DNA of 64,000 bases, taken from Isurus oxyrinchus. Its lineage: Eukaryota. Both the position numbers and the translations under genes were made by a program. Below are positions 11,287-22,619 of this stretch, one piece after another (the first letter of the stretch is position 1; every line of letters begins with the position of its first letter). Location: contig JANJGN010000151.1 in assembly GCA_026770705.1 (NCBI GenBank), positions 558,001 to 622,000 on the forward strand, written 5' to 3'. Below the pieces are notes generated by a model that was not told the origin of the DNA, did not search any database, and was given only the letters and a program-made list of their open reading frames with translations.

Positions 11287-12058
11287 CCACTGGGAATTCC
11301 AGTTTGTGCTCAGCAGAGGGCGCTCACACACCGCGAAACAGTAGCAATAAAGCATTCCCCACAGTGAGGGTCACAGGACTTCCTAAAAGATGCATTAAGA
11401 ACATCAACGTTAGCGGAATTATATTAGCTGATTTCAACTCCAGCTTGTGCCACAATCGATTTTCATAAATGTATTTGATTACTTTCATTAACTTGTTGCC
11501 TTTTGATGCCATTTCTGTGCCTGTCTATTATATTGAACAACCCTTTCCCCGTCTCCCCTGTCGGTTTCATCGTCCGCGGCCCGTTCACAGGGTTTGTTTG
11601 ATCAGAGTGTGTTGCTGGGTCGGAGATAGTTTATACACAACGAGCGCAGCTCACCAGGCAGTAACTATGATCTCTAAAACAAATCTCAGGTACAGAGTTC
11701 ACCCGCTGACCACTGAGCTTCAGAATGTTCCCTTAATGCTGGAAGCTTTTCTGTCGCTATTAAAATCCCGAGCTTTCTGGTGATAATGAACAGAGCAAAG
11801 TTTAATTCCACCCACACCTGTCTCGAAAAGTGCAGCTGACCACCGAAGGATCTCACAGACCCATGGAGACAGAAGGAAGTGAGATGAAAGCTACCTGAGA
11901 CATAGCAACAATCTATTGAGGGTGGGGATTAGAAGAGGTAAGTCCAAATCTGATTCTGTGATGATATGCCGGTCGAATGGACTCTGCAGTTTGTTCTGTT
12001 GGCCGCTCCTGAAAACAGTTGGTGACAGTTTGATCCGAGGTTAATGTGGTTTTCTTTC

Positions 12059-12131
12059 GGTTTGTGTCTAAGCGACTGACTGCGCCGCTGAACATTGTGG
12101 CTGTACCTGCCCGAGACTCGATACAACCCTC
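12059..12131 (-). other. D-like segment or signal-joint-like RSS pair, copy 1 (degenerate)
   Basis: + strand GGTTTGTGT-25-CATTGTG-gctg-TACCTGC-12-ACAACCCTC. Confidence 0.4.
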
Positions 12132-12184
12132 AACAGACAGGGATTCCCAGAATGGAATGAATGGAGTTTCACGAAGAAGGACAT

Positions 12185-12490
12185 ACATATTGAGAAGTGA
12201 TCTAATGATGAGGAGCGGACTGAAATGGTTACGCAGGATGGTTCTTCTCTCTGAATGCTGCAGCCCGAGAAATCCTCTGTCAGAGCAGAAATACTGAGCC
12301 CCGCCCCACTGAACTGCTGACCCAAACAATGCCAACCAGAACAGAGGCAGCAATCGGTCCAATAATAGAGGGCAGGCAAGGCGGGTCAGAGAGACGGCTG
12401 CAAACGGGAAGCTGTGGGCGGTGCTACAGCAGACTGTTATCACACATCGGACCCACTTGTCAGGAGCTGAAATCAATAATAACAATAATA
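12185..12490 (-). pseudogene. Orphan family-A leader exon and promoter
   Basis: CTG-RNHFSPLLIIRSLL with mutated donor, homologous to the leader and promoter at 13553-13870. No V exon follows. Confidence 0.7.
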
Positions 12491-13059
12491 CCACGGTCGA
12501 AAATGATGTAACTCTGTCTCTCTATGAGAACTGCTGTACTTTCACATTCATTCCATACTGGGCAGAACAGGGTGAATACAGGCATGTCAGGATGAGTAAG
12601 TTATTCAGTAATAAAGGGAATCCACGTTAGCAACCTCGGATAAAACTGGGCCTGAATCTATGGGCAGCTGCGTTAGTCTGAGGTAATTTACAACAATTAT
12701 CAATGGCCTGAAACGTTTAATGTAAAGACTGGAAGAAGAGAATGGCTGAAATTATTCGTAACGAGTGAAGGCAGAGACTGAGAAAGAACAAGTCGGCAGT
12801 GAAGGGCATCCAAGGAAAAGAAAGGTGTGTGAAAGCACCACAGATTGATTCACGATGTTCATTTTTCTTATATGCTCGAGTTGAAATCGCATGATGATAT
12901 TACTACTGAAGTGGTCATTGTCGGATCTTGGAGGGGGTTGTGTTTTGTTGCAATTTTGCGATGGTCCCTGAGACTCTCGCTGTGGAGGCGGGATTATTTA
13001 ATCTGTTTATTGGTGTCAGAGCACCTTCTGCTGAGCACTAACTGGAACTCTCGGTGTTA

Positions 13060-13598
13060 GGTTTTTGTACTGGATCCGTTATATCTCTGCAGCAGTGTGG
13101 GTTGCGTGGCACAGAAATAGACCGCACTGTCAGAGATCAGGACGTTGCAGATCATTAGCTCGGTAATCTTAGCTGTTTTATTCAACGTAGCTGAAAAGCG
13201 GTCGGGAATGTCGGTGTGTCTGTATACCTCCCCTCCCAGGATATGGAGCATGTACTTTGGAGGCTGCCCAAGGCGCTGACTGTACCAGTACACATAAGGG
13301 TTAGAATCGCTTGTTTTCAAGGTGCAAGTTAGGGTAGCATTTCTTTCTTCTTCCGCCGTTATTTCAGCAACCCGTTGTTCCACTGTGTCTGGGTGGCTCC
13401 ATTCTAACGTGAAAATATAGTAAAAACAACAATTAGCCTCAGCCTCATTTTAATCAACATAATCATCATCATCAGTTTTTTCTTACCAACAATAGCATCT
13501 GGGCTACATTGTCAGGAGGAGAATCTAGTTTTTCCAGGAAGGAAATACTTACTGAGAAGTGAGATAATGATGAGGAGCGGAGCGAGACGGTTCCCCAT
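13060..13598 (-). CDS. TCR alpha/delta-type V segment, intact (family A)
   Basis: Leader 13598-13553 MGNRLAPLLIIISLL/GTAAGT. V exon 13403-13100 KWSHPDTVEQ..TLTCTLK..YWYSQRLGQPPKY..DRFSA..SDSAVYFCATQP. RSS CACACTG-24-ACAAAAACC (13099-13060). Confidence 0.92.
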
Positions 13599-14556
13599 TA
13601 TACCTCTTGAGTCTGTGACTTTGCGGTGTGAGAAATCCTCTATCGGAGCAGAAATACAGATCCCCGTCCCACTGCACTGCTGATCCAACCAATGACAGGA
13701 AAGGACCAGTTGCAGCAAACTTTCCAATAACACAATCGTTCCGAGCAAAATCAGCAAACGGAAGCTATGGGCGGGATACCACAGACTCAGTATTGAGTGA
13801 AGTGTGCGGTGACTCTCAGCTGCACATGGAACTGGTGGAGCGGAAATAGCGACGGTTGAATCTGCAGAATTCTCTGACCATCCTGCACCTGCTCACTGTT
13901 CCACTGACTGAGAACAAACAAGATGGGAGGGACAGGAAGGGCTTAGAATCTTAGAGGAAGGACTGAGGCAATTCGGCCAATCATGTCTAGGCCTCATTGA
14001 AAGAGTTATGTAATTCATCTTTCGTCCCCGCATGTCCCACAGAGCCGGATATTTTGCAGTGGTTCCAGCTCTAAATAAGTGGCAGTGTAGTAGTGAATAT
14101 AATCTTTCCCTATCTTTTTTGTTCTCAAAATGGTGGCCTTGTATTTTCGAATTTTCTGCTAATGGAAACAGTTATATGCAATCCAGTACATCCAACTTCT
14201 TATCATTTTCAATATTTCGATTAAATGTGTCCTTTAATAATTTGGCAGAAGAAGGCTAACATCAGCTTCTCTAGCCTTCTCACATTGAAGGCCGTCAGCC
14301 CTGGCGCCATCCCAGTCTACTTTCTCAATATTTTGACATTCATGTAAATGGCATTTCTTTGGCGGCTAAACAGTGATTTACAAAGGATTATCATTACTTT
14401 CCGCCATAAACATCAACAAAGATAAGGACCGAGTCTGATTAGATCCAATTTGGATTTCTGAGAGAACAGACCTGACATTGGTGTTTTGACATGTGAATCA
14501 GTAAACCCGAAATCCGCCCGATGGCCCCAGTTCTCAACCGGATTGAACAGAATCCG

Positions 14557-14570
14557 CCAGCAGAGGGCGC
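14557..14570 (+). promoter_or_regulatory. CTCF motif in family-B V promoter
   Basis: CCAGCAGAGGGCGC. Paralogous site at 58411-58424 (-). Confidence 0.65.
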
Positions 14571-14649
14571 CACACCCAAGCGTGCTAATTATAAAGGCAC
14601 GTGTCACCAACGCCACAGCCAATAAGGATGGTATCCTGAGTGAGGTCTC

Positions 14650-14931
14650 TCAGGGTAAGGGGTCTAGAATTTAAGACAGAGATGAAGAGAAATTTCTTCT
14701 CTCAGAGGATGGTGAATCTGTGGAATTGTTTACCACAGAGGGCTGAAGAGGCTGGCTCATTAAATATATCCAAGGCTGAGATGGACAGACGTTTAATCAG
14801 TAAGGGAATCAAAGGTTATGGGGAAAAGGTAGGAAAGCGGAGGTGCGGATTATCAGATCAGCCATGCCCTAATTGAATGGCGGAGAAGGCTCGATGGGCC
14901 GAATGGCCTACTTCTGCTCTTATGGTTTTTT
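14650..14931 (+). mobile_element. CR1-type LINE 3' fragment inserted into a V promoter
   Basis: RNFFSQRMVNLWNCLPQRA. Absent from the paralogous promoter near 58335. Confidence 0.85.
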
Positions 14932-15060
14932 GGTCGCGATGGGCCTGGCCCCCTGCAGTTTGTGGAATGAACAATGAGATGAACAGAGCCCGGGTTTCAC
15001 CTCTCCTTCTCAATCTCTGGATCATTCCATTCACATTCACTGAGAGAGATTCACTCAGAC

Positions 15061-15558
15061 GTGTTTCTGATAATACTGGCAGTTGTGTTCGACAGTAAGT
15101 ACTGGATTATGTTTATCATGGCAGGTTAGCAGATTGATCCAAACAGCTTGTACTGGGAATTAATGTAGGTAACGATAGTTTGGTAAATGGGAATTTACGC
15201 ACACTCATAGACCTGATACAAATTTAGGCCTCTCTTTAAGCTCCTGCTCTTTTCTTAATCCATCTTCACAGACGGACTTGTCCAGATCCAGTAACTCATT
15301 CACCAGTGACATTAACTGCGCTAGTTATGTACAGTATACAATGGTATCGGCAGAAGCCGGCACACCCTTCAAGTTCGGTAATCAGCAAACAAATAGGACT
15401 GAAAATAGATGAAATCTCAGGACGATATCTGGCGGCTGCTCACGAGTCTAAGAAGTCTGGTTATCTCAATATAAGAGGCCTGAGTGTGGAGGACGGAGCA
15501 GACTATTGTTGTGCTATGAGGCCGTGTCAGATATAAGCCGAAAACCCGCACAGAAACC
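15061..15558 (+). pseudogene. TCR V pseudogene (family B)
   Basis: Leader starts GTG, FR1 deletion, QWYRQKPA..EISGRYLAAA..SVEDGADYCCAMR. Heptamer damaged; nonamer ACAGAAACC 15550-15558. Confidence 0.88.
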
Positions 15559-16109
15559 TCAGCGAGTATTTGCTGCTCAGTTAAGTGTTTCTGATGTCGA
15601 ACTAGGACTTCAGTTTGTTCCCGGGCTCACAGAGAGCAAAACCTGACAGGTTTGCTTTGAAACATTTGTATTGCTGCCTTTGGCCTTGTCGAAATTAGCA
15701 GTCAGCCGGCCTGGAAAATTTTGAATCTCGGCTCCATGGCCCGAGTTATAACTCTTCAGTAAATATCTCGGAGCTTACCCAGCAAATTGATGTACCAGCA
15801 GATGCAGAGAAAGCTCACAGATATGGAGTAACTATAGCTGATCATTACGGTCTGTTGTTACACACAGTTAACTCAAAGGGATCCAGGGACAATTGCTCGA
15901 CAATACTCATTGCTGTAACAAAACAAAGTGTGTCAAAATCTGGGACTGAATTTAACACATGAAATAGACAATAATTCTTTAAATATTGAATCACCAAGCA
16001 GCATGTCCATTATCAAAAAGCACCATAGAGGGCACGTGCTGCCTGGTATAGACTTCAACAGAAAGTAACTAAATTTCAAACGAATGTTGAGGTGAGTGGG
16101 TGAGGTGAC

Positions 16110-17220
16110 ATCAGGGCAGCAGTTGACTAAGTGTGGCATCAAGGAGCAGTAGCAATACGGGCGTCAATGGGAATCAGGAAGGAAACACTCCGCTGGTTGG
16201 AGTCGTACCAAGCAGAAAGGAAGATGGTTGTGGTTGTTGCCGGATGATCACTGCAGGAGTTCCTAACGTAGAGTCCTCGGCCCAACCATCTTCAGCTGCT
16301 TCATCAATGACTTTCCTTCCATCATAAGGTGAGGAGTGGGGGTGTTCGCTGATGATAGCATAATGTTCAGCACCATTCGTGACTCCTCAGATACTGAAGC
16401 AGACCATGTTCAAATGCAGCAAGACCTGGACAATATCCAGGCTTGGACTGACAAGTGGCAAGTAACATTCGCACCACACAAGTGCCAGGCAATTACCATC
16501 TCCAGCAAGAGAGAATCCAACCATTGTCCCTTGATGTTCAATGGCATTACAATCACTGAGCCCCCAGTATGAATATCCCGGGGGTTACCATTGACCAGAA
16601 ACTGAACTGCACTGGCCGTATAAATACAGTGGCTAAAAGAACAGACCAGGGTCTAGGAATCCTGCGGCAAGTAACTCACCTCCTGACTCCCTATCCACCA
16701 TCTACTATACACAAGTCAGAAGTGTGATGGAATGCTCACCCATTGCCTGGATGTGTGCAGCTCCCACAGCACTAAAGAAGCTTGACACCGTCCAGGACAA
16801 AGCAACCCACTTTATTGGCACCCCATCCACAATCATTCACCCCCTCCACAACCGACGAACAGTTGCAGCTGTGTGTACCATCTCCAAGATGCACTGCAGG
16901 AATTCACCAAGGCTGCTTAGGTAGCACCTTCCAAACGCTCGAATACTACCATCTAGAAGGACAAGGGCAGTAAAAGCATGGGAACAGCAGCATCTGGGAA
17001 TTTCCCCTCCAAGGAATTCACCATCCTGACCTGGAAATATATCGCTGTTCCTTCACTGCCGCTGGGTCAAAGCCCTGGAACTCGTTCCTTAACAGCACTG
17101 TGGGTGCACCTACACCACGGACTGCAACGGTTCAAGAAGGCAGCTCACCAGCACATTCTCAAGGGGAATTAGGGATGCGCAATGCATTTTGGCCTGGCCA
17201 GCATCCTGTAAAATGAACAA
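16110..17220 (+). mobile_element. CR1/L2-clade LINE RT 3' region, degenerate
   Basis: FADDS..LDNIQAWTDKWQVTFAPHKCQAI and downstream fragments. Confidence 0.85.
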
Positions 17221-17629
17221 AAGTCACAATTTAGCGTCGTTCAAGGTAATACTATAATGGAAAGTACAGTCTAGCAGAATTAACGGATCGGGATAATGGA
17301 TGTATGAAATATTGCTGTCAGAAATAGTGATCACGCTCACATGTGGGAAAAAGTAAGATATCCAAGAGTACAATCCCTAAAGTGAAGCTCAGATTCATGT
17401 GTCGGATGCTATCCATTTGTATAAAACAACTGTCAGAAGATTCAAGCCAAGATAGCCACCGGCTGAAGGAATCGCCGTTGTGTATCAAACTGAGCCCAGC
17501 ACCAGTTACACTGAGCGAGCCAGATTCGAGGCTCTGGGACTTGTGTTGACAAAGTGAAGCTGAGACGGAGCTTCGGCATTCATGGTGTCTGAGATTGAAG
17601 GCTGCGAATGCGCCAGACCATCCATTATG

Positions 17630-17700
17630 TGACGTACGTCTGTGGTCTGCGTGACATCACCTTGTAATCTTTGTGACATCCAACAATCAGTGTGACGTCA
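17630..17700. promoter_or_regulatory. Cluster of CRE/ATF-like motifs
   Basis: TGACGTA, TGACATCA, TGACATCC and a perfect TGACGTCA (17693-17700) at about 21-bp spacing. Confidence 0.5.
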
Positions 17701-17926
17701 GTCGGTCTGGGTTGAGGGTCAGAAACATCTTTCCAGAAGCTGATCTGGATATTGAGACCTCAGTTTAAGGCAATTAAAAGCTGATCAGAAGCAGGAAAGG
17801 CGGTCTAACCTGCAGATTCATTTGGTGATGGATCAGTCGGACGGATTGGAATCTGCAGCTTGTTTTCTCGGCCTCTGTTGGAAACAGCTGGTGACAGTTT
17901 CTCCGAGGTGAATGCGGTTTCATCTG

Positions 17927-17999
17927 GGTTCGTGTTTGAGCGGCTGACAGCGCCGATGAACATTGTGGCTGCACATGCCCTGGATTCTGTACAAACCCC
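17927..17999 (-). other. D-like segment or signal-joint-like RSS pair, copy 2
   Basis: + strand GGTTCGTGT-25-CATTGTG-gctg-CACATGC-12-ACAAACCCC. Confidence 0.45.
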
Positions 18000-18791
18000 A
18001 TCTGGCAGGAGCTGTCAGACAAAGTGCGAAGAACGGAGATGAGACTGCTTTCCATCATAAACTCCAGCTGTGAGCCTTGATCCTGATCAGCTCTTCAGAG
18101 TCTACTTTCTCCGTTCAGAGAGAGGTGTGACTGCTTGAATGGTGCTGTTGCTATTTTCCTGCCTGGCCGATTGCCTGAAAATATGAGTAAGACTGCCCGT
18201 GTAAATGCAGCCCGACCGGGACAAGCCAGTACTAGGATAAAACATAGTTCACCCCATGTAATATCACAGATTATGCTTAAAGCAGCCACTTGTCTTCCAT
18301 CTAATCATTCGAGGAGTGACAAAATCTCCATGACTCAGATCTGAAATTCGTACGCAAACAGGAAAACCTGACTGGAGGTTGATTAAAATTGAAATATTGG
18401 TTCGGATATGAGACGAACTGTGTTTGTTCCATAATTACCTTTTCGAAATGCTTCACTTCTCCCCCGTCCCCCAGCACCATTTGAACCCAGTTGCTGGGTG
18501 GCTACATTGTACTCGGGGCTTATTTTAAAGGATGAAAACACAACCTGATGGAATGTCTTCATTTTCTTTACATTGTTTCTGAACCAGCAAAATACTCTCA
18601 TCAAATAGACACGATGTGCCGGCTTTGACAAAGGGACCTAGAAGGAGAGAGTGAAGATCGGGATAGGGCTGCTTAAGAGTTCAGACAGGCGAGGAAAAAT
18701 CATCGAAAGTCTAAATGTAAATTAGCGCAACACAAATTTATTCATGGAATTCATTTTTAGCATATTTGAAAGTTAAAGCCAACTAATATAA

Positions 18792-18930
18792 GTTCTGATG
18801 AAGAGTCATACGGACTCAAAACTTTAACAGTATTCTTCTGCGCAGATGCTGTCAGGCCTGCTGAGTTTTTCCAGGTATTTTTGTTTTTGTTTCAGATTTC
18901 CAGCATCCGCAGTATTTTGCTTTTATACTG
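18792..18930 (+). mobile_element. Short Penelope-derived terminal-repeat element with degenerate hammerhead
   Basis: CTGATGAAGAGTCATACGGACTCAAAAC..., TSD TAATATAA 18784-18791 and 18931-18938. Confidence 0.75.
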
Positions 18931-19081
18931 TAATATAATTCCCCAGTTGCTGCCCGCCCGTTCTTCTTCAGCGCTGCCTTTATTTTGATATTTTATTAAA
19001 AGTTTGTGATCCTTTCAGTCCGAGCTATTGCTTCCGTTTATCGGTGTGAGAGCGCCCTCTTCTGAGCACTAACCGGAACTG

Positions 19082-19531
19082 GGATCCGCTGTATCTCTGC
19101 AGCATGGCACAGAACGATATGGCACTGTCGGAGAGGAGAACCCCGGCGATATTTAAAGGAATCATTTTATTTCCTTTGTGCAAAACAGCTGAGAATCTGT
19201 CTGGGGAATCTGGAGACTTCTCTGCATCCCCCAAGCGATATATCTTCATTAAATATCTCGGAGCTTCCCCGGGATACTGGATGCACCAGAACAGAGTTGA
19301 AACAGCAGCTATCGAGTAATTACAGTCCAGTTTTATGCTCTGTCCTTCCAGAACCGTTAACTCAGGGGGATCTTGGGAAACTGAATCTTTACCATTTGTT
19401 CCTGCAACAAAGCACAGAATGTATCAAATATCTGGGAGTAAAGATAACGCAAGTAATGGACACTGACCATTTAAGCATTGACTCACCGGGCAGCAAGCCA
19501 TTATTAGCAGTAAGGAACATGGGGAATACAG
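19082..19531 (-). pseudogene. TCR V (family F) with open V exon but RSS heptamer and nonamer deleted
   Basis: V exon from 19401 DSVSQDPPELTVLEGQSIKLDCNYS..FWCIQYPGEAPRYL..LSDSAISFCAM. Original leader ATG is CTG. CTCF-like motif 19050-19064. Confidence 0.88.
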
Positions 19532-20584
19532 GATGACAGGATTAGAGTTTGGAAGATGTAAGATATAATTGGAAATATGTTGACACTTCTGTTCTGATTG
19601 TAAAGAGGAAAGTCGGATCAGGGGCAGGCTTCACTTATTGAGAAACTTAGGGGCGTGTCCCAGCGACAAGATTGGCTGGTCTCTCAGAACTGATGACAGT
19701 TGAGCGCCAATCAATGTTCGCTGTGGACAGATTATTTCTTCTGACTTTCTCCTCCCTGTCTTTCTCGGCCTCTCTGGATCATTCTTGGTTTCGTGATCTC
19801 TCTGTCTCATTTTGCCTTTCAGTCTCCATGGATCCATATCCCCTTTCTCTGTTTCTGACCCTTTCTGACAAACACTTTCTCTGCCTCTTTCTGTTTTTCC
19901 CGTTTTGTCTGAGGTTCAGAGTGCAGAAAATCCAATTTATCCCAGTCTCCCATTTCAATGAGTTCAGAAAAGTGCTCACTTCATAGGAGCAGTTACAGTC
20001 GATAAATTATTTAACCGTAGCTCAGAGGCAGCATTAAAATTAAAACAGTTATATTTAAATCCCAAATATAGCAGGCGCCCTATTGGCATCATTTTTCTGT
20101 GTTGATATTTGAGACTCGGCATCCTATTGGAATCTCAGTTGTTTCAAATTGTTTAAAACAGGCTTATTTTAACCAGTAATGGTTGAGATATTGAAATAAA
20201 CAATGGAATCGCCAGGATTTAAAATAAAGCTTGAATTAGCCCGCGTGTATAAGGTCACCTGCACTAAAATGCATTATATTAACAAGAAGAAGAACGCGAG
20301 AAATGTGATATAATCATGTAACAGTATCGTGTTCCTTTAACTGGAGCTCCCTGGTCGTCTCTGTGCGTTTATTGCAGCGGGTATGGGCACGATAACATGG
20401 TGTTTATGAGACTGGTCTCGTAATCCAGGAGGTCAAGTAGCTCTCGGAAATCATCCTTTCCCTATTACGTGCAACATTATGTTATTTTTCTTTCCCTTCC
20501 TAGAATTCTTGCTTCTATTTAGAGTATTGTTCATCTTGCTGCATATGTTCCCATTACTGAACCTTCATCTTTTTATTTAACCAT

Positions 20585-20930
20585 TGATGAGATGTGGGCA
20601 TCGCTGGCAAGCCAGAATTTATTGCTTATCCCTAATTGCCCTTGTTGAGAGGGAATTTATGAATCAACTGCATTGTTGCAGGTCTGGAGTCACATATAGG
20701 CCAGACCAGGTAAGGGCAGCAGACTTCCTTCCCTAAAGGACATAGTGAACCAGATGGGTTTTTATGACAATCAACAATGGTTTCATGGTCATCATTAGAC
20801 GTTTGATTCAAGAATTTTTTATTGAATTCAAATTCCACCATCTGCCATAGCGAGGTTCTAACCCGCATCCTCAGAGCATCACCAGGGGAGACCCTCGTCC
20901 TCTGGATTACTCGTTCAGCGACTACGCCAT
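20585..20930 (-). mobile_element. tRNA-derived SINE
   Basis: Same family as 4695-5055 and 57140-57470. Confidence 0.65.
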
Positions 20931-21813
20931 CGCCTCTCTCCTTCTCTCTCTCTCTTGTTTATCTCAATGTCTCTCCTTCATTTGTATCTTTCTTCCTTCA
21001 TTTTCTTTCTCTCTGTCTCTCAATGTGCTCGTCCCTCAGTCTCTCACTTACAAACACGTTTGAAGAACAAGTACTTAGCTGCCCAGGCGTTGCCCTAGCC
21101 CTTCGTGATTATTTGATTCATTGAAAATATCCAAGTGTTGTTTTTGCATTAAATTCCCTGGGGACTCTTCAGGATTAGATGTCTGTTACTGTTGCAGAAA
21201 AGGAGATTAGTCAAATGGGCGCAGCAACAACACAAGACATGTACATTCCTGGCCATAACAGGCCTCTAAATCTCTCTATTTTATATCAGGACATTCGTTT
21301 CCAAAACCAAATGCGGTTTCTACTCATTTTCCAGGCTCCAATTACATTCATCATAAATCGGAGCATCAAACCAGTTGATGTGCTCAGTCCCCATCAGACA
21401 CAATATTTGCCTATCCTTGTATAAAAGTATACTGTGGATGCTCTAACATAAAATTTTAAAAGTGCTTTAAGACACGGCAGGTCTGGAAGCATCTGTGGAA
21501 AGGGAAACAGATTAAAGCTTTGATTCGAATTTAACTCTTCTTTGGAACTCCGAGTTGGCCCAACAGCCTTTCCTGAGCTATAGGAGATAGTTGTATCTTT
21601 TACTGAAAAGGAAAAATGTGAAACCTGGCTCCAGAGGGCATGTCAGTGCGAAAAATATATCAGCGTTCGATTGTTCCCTTGCTCTTGTTGACGATGTGAA
21701 ATATGTTTATCAAAAAAATATATTTGATTGTAAATCTCAATGACCCCAAATTAAACCAATTCTCCAGCAATATTCCTGATCCAGCGAGTGCAGAAACCAG
21801 CAAAACACAATGA

Positions 21814-22229
21814 ATGGAATTACAGCTTCTGGTTTTGATTTTAGGTGAGGATTTTGTGGAGAATAGTTTTTGCCATTAGAACATGTTTCTTATCTTCTGT
21901 ATCAGAAGTTATCAGCGGAGAGACTGTGATCAACCAGTCACAGCGGATCTTTACAGAAGAGGGACAATCGATTGAATTGCAGTAAAATGCAATCACCAGG
22001 GCCCCTGAGAGTATTCACTGGTACAGAATACGACAGAATTGTGGCCTGTAATTTATCAGGTCAGCTGTTAGCAGATGCACCACAGGCAGACTCTTCAACA
22101 TATTCATTTACCCAACAAGAAGTTATTACATTCCCGGTAGGGACAGCACCGTGGACCCAGAAGCTGGGGTGTATTACTGTGCATTGAGGCACTGAGAGAT
22201 AAAACAACCATTCCGAGCTGACAACCTCC
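21814..22229 (+). pseudogene. TCR V pseudogene
   Basis: Leader MELQLLVLIL/GTGAG. EEGQSIELQ*..HWYRI..*..EAGVYYCALR. Degenerate RSS CACTGAG...ACAACCTCC. Confidence 0.8.
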
Positions 22230-22508
22230 ACAACGGCCACTGCTCTCCTCAGTGTGCTGACTCCTTTGTGAACTACAGGTCCACAGACGCCATCCATTCT
22301 GCAGGGACAGGGTTAATAGGATCGGCTGAAGCCTGTTACTGTTTCACTGCTATCGTTTTCTCTTCATGTTGTTAACCATCAGCTCTTGATGGTTGGGTTG
22401 GGAATGATAAACCAAATTAAACTAATCACCGCGATGTTGCTGCAGGTCTGAGCTGGCAACAGTGTTTGGTTCAATCACTTCAGTTGCAGGCGGAGATCAA
22501 TGAACAAG

Positions 22509-22619
22509 TACAGCAGCGGAGGAGTCCATCAATACACCATACAGCAGAGGAGGAGTCGAACAATACACCATAAAGCAGAGGAGGAGTCCAACAACGCACC
22601 ATACAGCAGAGGCCGAGTC
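22509..22619. repeat. 31-bp minisatellite, about 3.5 copies
   Basis: Unit approximately CAGCAGAGGAGGAGTCCAACAATACACCATA. Confidence 0.85.

Noticed and set aside
11469-11783. Similar ORFs at 11469 (+) and 18383 (-) as a small gene family
   Set aside because: The similarity is explained by duplicated flank downstream of F-family V genes; no exon structure or domain is evident.
11913-12494. 193-aa ORF as a novel protein
   Set aside because: It runs through a V promoter, a degenerate leader and the RSS-like element; the homologous regions do not preserve the frame.
22509-22619. CRISPR-like array
   Set aside because: Contiguous 31-bp tandem units with no unique spacers, in vertebrate DNA.
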